Shown here: in pieces, positions 58,198-64,000 of the stretch
How positions within the stretch are numbered: position 1 is the first letter of the stretch
Layout: each line of letters opens with the position of its first letter
The notes under the pieces: generated by a model
Database searches by the model: none
Told to the model about the DNA's origin: nothing
The model's input: the letters and a program-made list of their open reading frames with translations, nothing else
Translations under genes and position numbers: made by a program
NCBI GenBank assembly: GCA_947626505.1
Contig: CANQSN010000004.1
Span: 3,980-67,979, forward strand
From: an uncultured Lachnospiraceae bacterium
GTDB taxonomy: Bacteria > Bacillota > Clostridia > Lachnospirales > Lachnospiraceae
DNA length: 64,000 nt
Reading direction: 5' to 3'

Positions 58198-60258
58198 ATG
58201 AAAAGTAAAAACATTAAAACAAGAATTGAGAAATTTTTACAGGCGCCACTTAAGCTTTTATTTATATTATTCATACTTGTGGCAGGCTTGGTGGTTTACG
58301 ACCACAAGATAGGAATTATTGTGGGAATGGTTGTTGTAATCTACTCTATTGCAGTATTGGTGATGTATTACAGCTACAAGCCGATGATTATGATGGAGCT
58401 GGTAGGTTATGCTTTTGAACAGGGGCAGATTCAAAGGGAGCTTTTAAAGGAGCTTGCAGTTCCATACGCCTTGATAGATATTGACGGATTAATACTCTGG
58501 CACAATGATGAATTTGAAAATATGGTGGGAGAAACTAAAGTAAATAAAGATATACACTATTATTTTCCTCACATTACAAAGGATATGTTTCCGGATTCTG
58601 ATTCTGAAGCTTCTGAATTTTCCATGGCGTTTGACGACCGGCAGTATCAGGTGCAATTCCGTACTGTAAGTGTGGATATAAATGTCGATGAAAATGACGA
58701 AGACATTCAGATGAGTGCATTTGATAATGCATATGAGAATACAATGATTGTTGTATATTTTTTTGATGAAACAGATTACCGCAGATTATTACAGGAAAAC
58801 AAAGACCAGAGGCTTGTGGCAAGTCTTATATATATTGACAATTATGATGAAGTGCTTGAGAGTACTGACGAGGTGCGCCAGCCTTTGTTAATGGCTTTGG
58901 TCGACCGAAAAATTAACAAATCAGTTCTTGATATTAATGGAATTATTAAAAAACCGGAGAAGGATAAATATTTTATTGTATTCCAACAAAAATATCTGGC
59001 GCAGCTACAGGCCAATAAGTTTGACCTGCTGGATGAGGTACGTAATATAAATGTGGGAAATGAGCTGCCGGTAACATTAAGTATGTCCATTGGTATGGGA
59101 GAATCAAGCTTTCAGGAATGCTATGAGTCTGCGAGAATTGCAATGGATATGGCATTAGGACGCGGCGGCGACCAGGTGGTAATCAAGGAGGGCGAGAAAA
59201 CGTCATATTATGGCGGACAAAATCGCGTAATTGAGAAAAACACCAGAGTAAAGGCAAGGGTAAAAGCACATGCGCTTCAGGGAATCATTGAAGCTAAGGA
59301 GAGGGTTGTGATTATGGGACACAAGCTTCCGGATGCAGACGCCATTGGCTCTGCCATTGGTATTTATAAGCTTGCCAAAGTATATAATAAGGAGGCCCAT
59401 ATTGTGCTTGATGAGGCAACTATCTCTATTAGGCCCATATTGGAAAATTTTGAAAATAATTCCCAGTATGAGGAAATGTTTATAAATAGCGTCACAGCAA
59501 AGGAGCTGGTGGATATGGACACCCTTCTTATGATTGTGGACGTAAACAGGCCAAGCTATACAGAGTGCCCTGAGCTTTTGGAGCTCACTAAAACAGTGGT
59601 GGTATTTGACCATCATAGAGCCGCCAATGAGGTTGTATCAAATGCTGTGCTGTCATATGTTGAGCCTTATGCATCTTCTGCCTGCGAAATGGTGGCGGAG
59701 GTGCTTCAGTACACCAACGAAAGTATTGATTTAAAATCAATAGAAGCAGACGCCATGTACGCCGGAATATTAGTGGATACGAACAATTTTGTGCAAAAGA
59801 CAGGTTCAAGAACCTTTGAAGCGGCAGCATATTTGAGACGTAAGGGTGCAGATGTGGTGCGTGTTAGGAAAATGTTTCGTGACAGTATTGAAACCTGCCG
59901 GAGTAGGGCAGAAGCAATACATGGCGCCTATATATACAGGGAAAAATATGCTATGGCTGTATTTCCTTCAGAAGGTGTCGACAGCCCTACGGTTATTTCT
60001 TCACAGGTGGCAGACGAGCTGCTTAATATCAAGGGCATTGGCGCATCATTTGTAGTTAGCTCGCTAAACGATACTATATATATAAGCGCCCGTTCCATAG
60101 ATGTTATAAATGTCCAGTTAGTAATGGAAAAGTTTGACGGAGGCGGTCATGCAAATGCGGCGGGCGCCCAGCTTACAGATTGTACGCCTGAGGAGGCTTT
60201 GGACAGGGTAAAGGCGGCGCTTGATGAGATGGATGAGATTAACATTGAACATAAATAA
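58198..60258 (+). CDS. gdpP: Cyclic-di-AMP phosphodiesterase (PAS, degenerate GGDEF, DHH/DHHA1)
   Basis: Two TMs, ALGRGGDQ, D.DAIG, DHH, GGGH..AAG; precedes rplI-dnaB. Confidence 0.92.
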   Translation: MKSKNIKTRIEKFLQAPLKLLFILFILVAGLVVYDHKIGIIVGMVVVIYSIAVLVMYYSYKPMIMMELVGYAFEQGQIQRELLKELAVPYALIDIDGLILWHNDEFENMVGETKVNKDIHYYFPHITKDMFPDSDSEASEFSMAFDDRQYQVQFRTVSVDINVDENDEDIQMSAFDNAYENTMIVVYFFDETDYRRLLQENKDQRLVASLIYIDNYDEVLESTDEVRQPLLMALVDRKINKSVLDINGIIKKPEKDKYFIVFQQKYLAQLQANKFDLLDEVRNINVGNELPVTLSMSIGMGESSFQECYESARIAMDMALGRGGDQVVIKEGEKTSYYGGQNRVIEKNTRVKARVKAHALQGIIEAKERVVIMGHKLPDADAIGSAIGIYKLAKVYNKEAHIVLDEATISIRPILENFENNSQYEEMFINSVTAKELVDMDTLLMIVDVNRPSYTECPELLELTKTVVVFDHHRAANEVVSNAVLSYVEPYASSACEMVAEVLQYTNESIDLKSIEADAMYAGILVDTNNFVQKTGSRTFEAAAYLRRKGADVVRVRKMFRDSIETCRSRAEAIHGAYIYREKYAMAVFPSEGVDSPTVISSQVADELLNIKGIGASFVVSSLNDTIYISARSIDVINVQLVMEKFDGGGHANAAGAQLTDCTPEEALDRVKAALDEMDEINIEHK

Positions 60259-60273
60259 AAGGAGTGTGGAGCA

Positions 60274-60723
60274 ATGAAGGTTATTTTGTTGGAGGACGTA
60301 AAATCTCTGGGAAAAAAGGGTGATTTGGTAAATATCAGCGACGGATATGCAAAGAATTTTATTATTCCCAAGAAAAAGGGCGTGGAGGCAAATGCAAAAA
60401 ATATGAACGACCTGAAGCTGAAAAAGGCCAATGAGGAGAAGGTGGCAAGGCAGAAGCTTGAGGCGGCAGAAGCTTTAGCGGCAGAGATTGCAGATAAAAA
60501 AGTGGAGCTTATGATTAAGGTAGGAGGAAATGGAAGAACATTTGGCTCCATTTCTACGAAGGAGATTGCTGAGGCAGTAAAGAAGCAGCTTAATTTAGAG
60601 CTTGATAAGAAAAAGATGTCGCTTGATGTTCCTATCAAAGAGCTTGGCACATACACGGTTCATATTAAACTGCATTCAAAGGTTACAGCAGAGCTTAAGG
60701 TGGTAGTATCAGAGAAGAAATAA
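60274..60723 (+). CDS. rplI: 50S ribosomal protein L9
   Basis: [17 protein letters not shown]...GYAKNF, FGSI. Confidence 0.97.
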   Translation: MKVILLEDVKSLGKKGDLVNISDGYAKNFIIPKKKGVEANAKNMNDLKLKKANEEKVARQKLEAAEALAAEIADKKVELMIKVGGNGRTFGSISTKEIAEAVKKQLNLELDKKKMSLDVPIKELGTYTVHIKLHSKVTAELKVVVSEKK

Positions 60724-60753
60724 TGTGAGGTTTTACATTGGAAGGTATTAAAA

Positions 60754-62115
60754 ATGGATGAAGGTATAATTAAAAAGATAAAGCCGCACAGTGAGGACGC
60801 CGAGCGGTGCGTGCTGGGTTCCATGCTTATGGATGAGGAGGCGGTTGTGTCAGCAATTGGCCAACTGGCGCCGGAGGACTTTTATTATAAGAAGCACCGT
60901 ATGTTGTTTACTGCAATGTATAGGCTGCATGTTGAGCAGAAATCTATAGATATAATAACAGTAAAGGAGCGCTGCGAGGAGCTTGGATATCCTGAGGAGG
61001 TATCCTCTTTAGAGGCTATAAGGCAGCTTATTTCCACAACGCCGACATCGGTAAATATTAATCAGTATATCCGGTTAGTAAAAGATAAATCAACACTGAG
61101 AGGGTTAATTGAGGCCGCTGAAAAGATTACAAATGATGCATATCTTGGTAATAAAGAAACAGAGATATTATTTGAAGAAACAGAGAGAAATATTTTTCAG
61201 TTTTTGCAGAATAGAAAAGGCGTGTCAGATTTTGAACCTATTGACAAGATTGTAATGAAGGCGTTAAAAAATCTTGAGGAATCAATGGTGCGTGGAGAGG
61301 CAGTTACAGGAGTGCCTACAGGTTTTACAGATTTGGACCGTTTGCTTACCGGATTGCATGGTTCAGAGTTAATTCTGGTAGCAGCAAGGCCTGCAATGGG
61401 AAAAACAGCATTTGTATTAAATATTGCCGCTCATGCTTGTTTCAGAAAAAAAATTCCGGTTATTATTTTTAGTCTGGAGATGGGACGGGAGCAGTTGGTA
61501 ACGCGTATGATGGCGATGGAGGCAATGGTGGACGCGCAAAAGATTAGAACAGGCGGATTATCTACCTCTGAGCTTGAGCAGGTCATGGAGGCAAGTAACA
61601 TTATCGCTTCTTCTCCGCTTATTATAGATGAAACTGCCGGAATCACTGTGTCGGATATAAGGTCTAAGTGTCAGAAGGCGATGAAACAGCAGGGCGGACT
61701 GGGACTTATTATTATAGATTATTTACAATTAATGAGCGGCGGAAGACATACGGAGTCAAGGCAGCAGGAGGTTGCAGAAATCTCGCGCTCCTTAAAGGGG
61801 CTTGCCAAGGATTTAGATGTTCCTGTTATTGCATTGTCACAGCTCAGCCGCGCAGTGGAGGCAAGAGACGACCACAGACCAAGAATGTCGGATCTTAGAG
61901 AATCCGGTTCTATTGAGCAGGATGCAGACGTAGTATTATTTATTTATCGTGATGATTACTATAACGAAGAAACAACAAAGCCGGGGGTGGCGGAAATCAT
62001 TATTGGCAAACAGCGAAGTGGCGCCACAGGAACGATAGAGCTTCTCTGGATGGGGCAGCATACAAAGTTTGTTAATAAGGAGCGCAGCCGGAGCAGGGTA
62101 CAGGAGCCTGATTAA
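60754..62115 (+). CDS. dnaB: Replicative DNA helicase
   Basis: AARPAMGKT, FSLEM, IDYLQL, LSQLSR, DLRESGSIEQDAD. Confidence 0.97.
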   Translation: MDEGIIKKIKPHSEDAERCVLGSMLMDEEAVVSAIGQLAPEDFYYKKHRMLFTAMYRLHVEQKSIDIITVKERCEELGYPEEVSSLEAIRQLISTTPTSVNINQYIRLVKDKSTLRGLIEAAEKITNDAYLGNKETEILFEETERNIFQFLQNRKGVSDFEPIDKIVMKALKNLEESMVRGEAVTGVPTGFTDLDRLLTGLHGSELILVAARPAMGKTAFVLNIAAHACFRKKIPVIIFSLEMGREQLVTRMMAMEAMVDAQKIRTGGLSTSELEQVMEASNIIASSPLIIDETAGITVSDIRSKCQKAMKQQGGLGLIIIDYLQLMSGGRHTESRQQEVAEISRSLKGLAKDLDVPVIALSQLSRAVEARDDHRPRMSDLRESGSIEQDADVVLFIYRDDYYNEETTKPGVAEIIIGKQRSGATGTIELLWMGQHTKFVNKERSRSRVQEPD

Positions 62116-62279
62116 AAGGTAAAAGAAATACTGTTGGCGAGTAAACCGATATCCTGTCGAATATTTACGAACGATTTATATGTATTTTTTCCTTCTACTA
62201 TACTACAATAAAGGTGGTAAATACTTAGTACACCATTGAGCTTTTTTATCAATGTTGTATCAGCGATGGAGGATATAGA

Positions 62280-63194
62280 ATGAAAGAATTAGGGATATCA
62301 ATTTCGGAGGCGGCAAGGCAGCTTAATGTGGAAAGCCATGTGCTTAGGTATTGGGAGGAGGAGCTTGATATTAAGGTTCCAAGAAATGAAATGGGGTACC
62401 GTTGCTATGGCACAGAAGAAATGAAGCTGTTACATAATGTGAAAAAACTTAAAAATCAGGGCTTCCAGTTACGCGCAATCAAGCTGTTATTAAAGGATTT
62501 GAAAAATGGTGAGGATTTGAATTTGGACAAGCTGATTTCAATGCGGGATGAAATCAACAGGAAGGTTGAAAGTATAGACTTGGAAAATCCGCATTTTCAG
62601 ATTAGTGATGATGGTAAGGTGACGCGCCTTCCGGTAAGACAAGAAAGCCAATTTTCACAATATAGTGACGAGGCGCCGGAGCAGGGAATTTCTCAGCAGC
62701 GGGCGCAGCAGTTTCAGTATATTATGATTCGTATTATGAATCAGGCGTTAAAGGATCAGGGAAGCCGGTTGGCGGAAGAGTTAAGGGGAGCGCTTCAGGA
62801 GGAATTATCCGAGCAAATGGTTAAGGCAGTGAAGCAGGAGCTGTCATTAGAATTTACTAAGGATTTGGCTAAACAGGTGGCAAGCCATATGGATGGGAAA
62901 ATGGTATCTTCCATGTCGGAGCAGATTGCCATGTCTGTAGAGCAGACTCTTGGAGATCATATATGTGACGATGTGTCTACCAGAATTATGAAGGAGATGA
63001 ATTATCTTGCACGTATGCAGGAGGAGCAGCAGGAAGATCATTACGAGAAGCTTGATGCATTGCTTCGAGAGCGTCAGGAGAGAAACAGCAGGGGTAAACG
63101 AAAGACAAAGCGTCAGCTTAAGAAGGAAGCAAAAGAGGCAAGGCAGTCAAGACTTGTGGCAGCCGCTAAGGAAAAAAATACAGAAACAAAATAG
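62280..63194 (+). CDS. MerR-type HTH protein with coiled-coil C-terminus (RacA-like)
   Basis: ISEAARQLNVESHVLRYWE...RNEMGYR.Y; long helical C-terminal half. Confidence 0.75.
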   Translation: MKELGISISEAARQLNVESHVLRYWEEELDIKVPRNEMGYRCYGTEEMKLLHNVKKLKNQGFQLRAIKLLLKDLKNGEDLNLDKLISMRDEINRKVESIDLENPHFQISDDGKVTRLPVRQESQFSQYSDEAPEQGISQQRAQQFQYIMIRIMNQALKDQGSRLAEELRGALQEELSEQMVKAVKQELSLEFTKDLAKQVASHMDGKMVSSMSEQIAMSVEQTLGDHICDDVSTRIMKEMNYLARMQEEQQEDHYEKLDALLRERQERNSRGKRKTKRQLKKEAKEARQSRLVAAAKEKNTETK

Positions 63195-63205
63195 AGTAAA
63201 GAAAA

Positions 63206-63233
63206 AGCGGTTACAGTATAAACTGTAACCGCT
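63206..63233. terminator. Bidirectional terminator
   Basis: aagcggttacagt-ataa-actgtaaccgctt. Confidence 0.8.
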
Positions 63234-63296
63234 TAATTTGTATGCACTTAATTTGTGAAGCAAAGCTTCAACTTTGTAGTAAATGTATTCCGGAGA

Positions 63297-63467
63297 TTAC
63301 TCCTCAGAAATAACACCTGTTGGGCAAGTACCGGCACAAGCGCCACAGGAAATGCAGGTATCTGCATCGATTTCAAACTTGCCATCACCCTCGCTGATAG
63401 CGCCTACAGGGCAAGCTCCGGCGCAAGCGCCACAGGATACGCAGCCATCGTTAATTACATATGCCAT
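63297..63467 (-). CDS. 2[4Fe-4S] clostridial-type ferredoxin, 56 aa (absent from the ORF track)
   Basis: MAYVINDGCVSCGACAGACPVGAISEGDGKFEIDADTCISCGACAGTCPTGVISEE; RBS aggaggt. Confidence 0.95.
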   Translation of the reverse strand: MAYVINDGCVSCGACAGACPVGAISEGDGKFEIDADTCISCGACAGTCPTGVISEE

Positions 63468-64000
63468 AATAAGTTACCTCCTTAAAAAATAATATGCTTC
63501 ATAAAGATGTATCATACATCGTTATTGACTTAACAATCCCATTTTAACCTAAACTGCGATTTATAGCAAGCTATTTTAACCTAAAATACTTAACAAATTT
63601 ACAAAATAATGGGAAATATAACAAAAAGCAGAATTAAGTGGATGTTTGCGCAATAAATACAGTTAAAAATAGTGAAAAAAATAGATAAAAAATAACGGTT
63701 GTAATTGGTGAATTTTCACAAATTTTAATTTTTTTACAATTTTATGTCATAATTTGGAGAAAAAATGACTTTATTATATATAGAGGGGTGTTTTAGTTTC
63801 AAATTATGAAAACAATGTAACTTATTTTAATGAAGCAGATAAAAAATTTTTTTGAAGGGAGGTTTGTTTTCAATGGTATGTGTTTTATGTTTTTAAGACA
63901 TTGTTTTGTATTAAAAATAAGGGAGTATTTATACTTTTTCTAAATGCTTACAGTTTTACTTTATTATGAAATGTTAAAATAAACGGAGGAAATGTAGAAT

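Noticed and set aside
63255-63492. Plus-strand ORFs 63255-63485 and 63283-63492
   Set aside because: Antisense shadows of the ferredoxin gene.
63500-64000. Replication origin in the AT-rich stretch near dnaB
   Set aside because: No cluster of TTATCCACA-like DnaA boxes seen.

Overview
Low-GC, spore-forming Firmicute chromosome; gene content and codon style suggest Clostridia, probably Lachnospiraceae (inference). Most of the window is housekeeping and sporulation backbone: tmk-yaaR-holB-ricT/yaaT-methyltransferase-rsmI, abrB, spmA/spmB, murG, mtnN, pdaA-like, pgi, MoxR/VWA, LCP genes, tyrA, ilvE, gdpP-rplI-dnaB and an unannotated ferredoxin. Between the pdaA-like gene and pgi (~26430-43500) is an accessory island. 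In order it carries a class B sortase remnant, an unannotated 17-aa peptide ORF with its own RBS and terminator, an AgrC-like kinase plus LytTR regulator, and a giant Sec-signal Rhs toxin (2x CBM2, 2x FnIII, Ca-binding repeats, VWA, SH3b, YD repeats) split by a 1-nt frameshift. An array of immunity-like genes and two orphan toxin tips, joined at a shared WDKKLNAGI junction, follows. The peptide gene and the Rhs gene share a 14-bp box at nearly the same distance from an extended -10, which points to a peptide-signal-controlled, fibre-targeted polymorphic toxin system. A dispersed two-hairpin intergenic repeat, spmAB split by a large GGDEF/EAL gene, and a RacA-like gene were also seen. No rRNA, tRNA, CRISPR array, integrase or transposase was recognised. 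Family assignments come from motifs read by eye; no searches were run.
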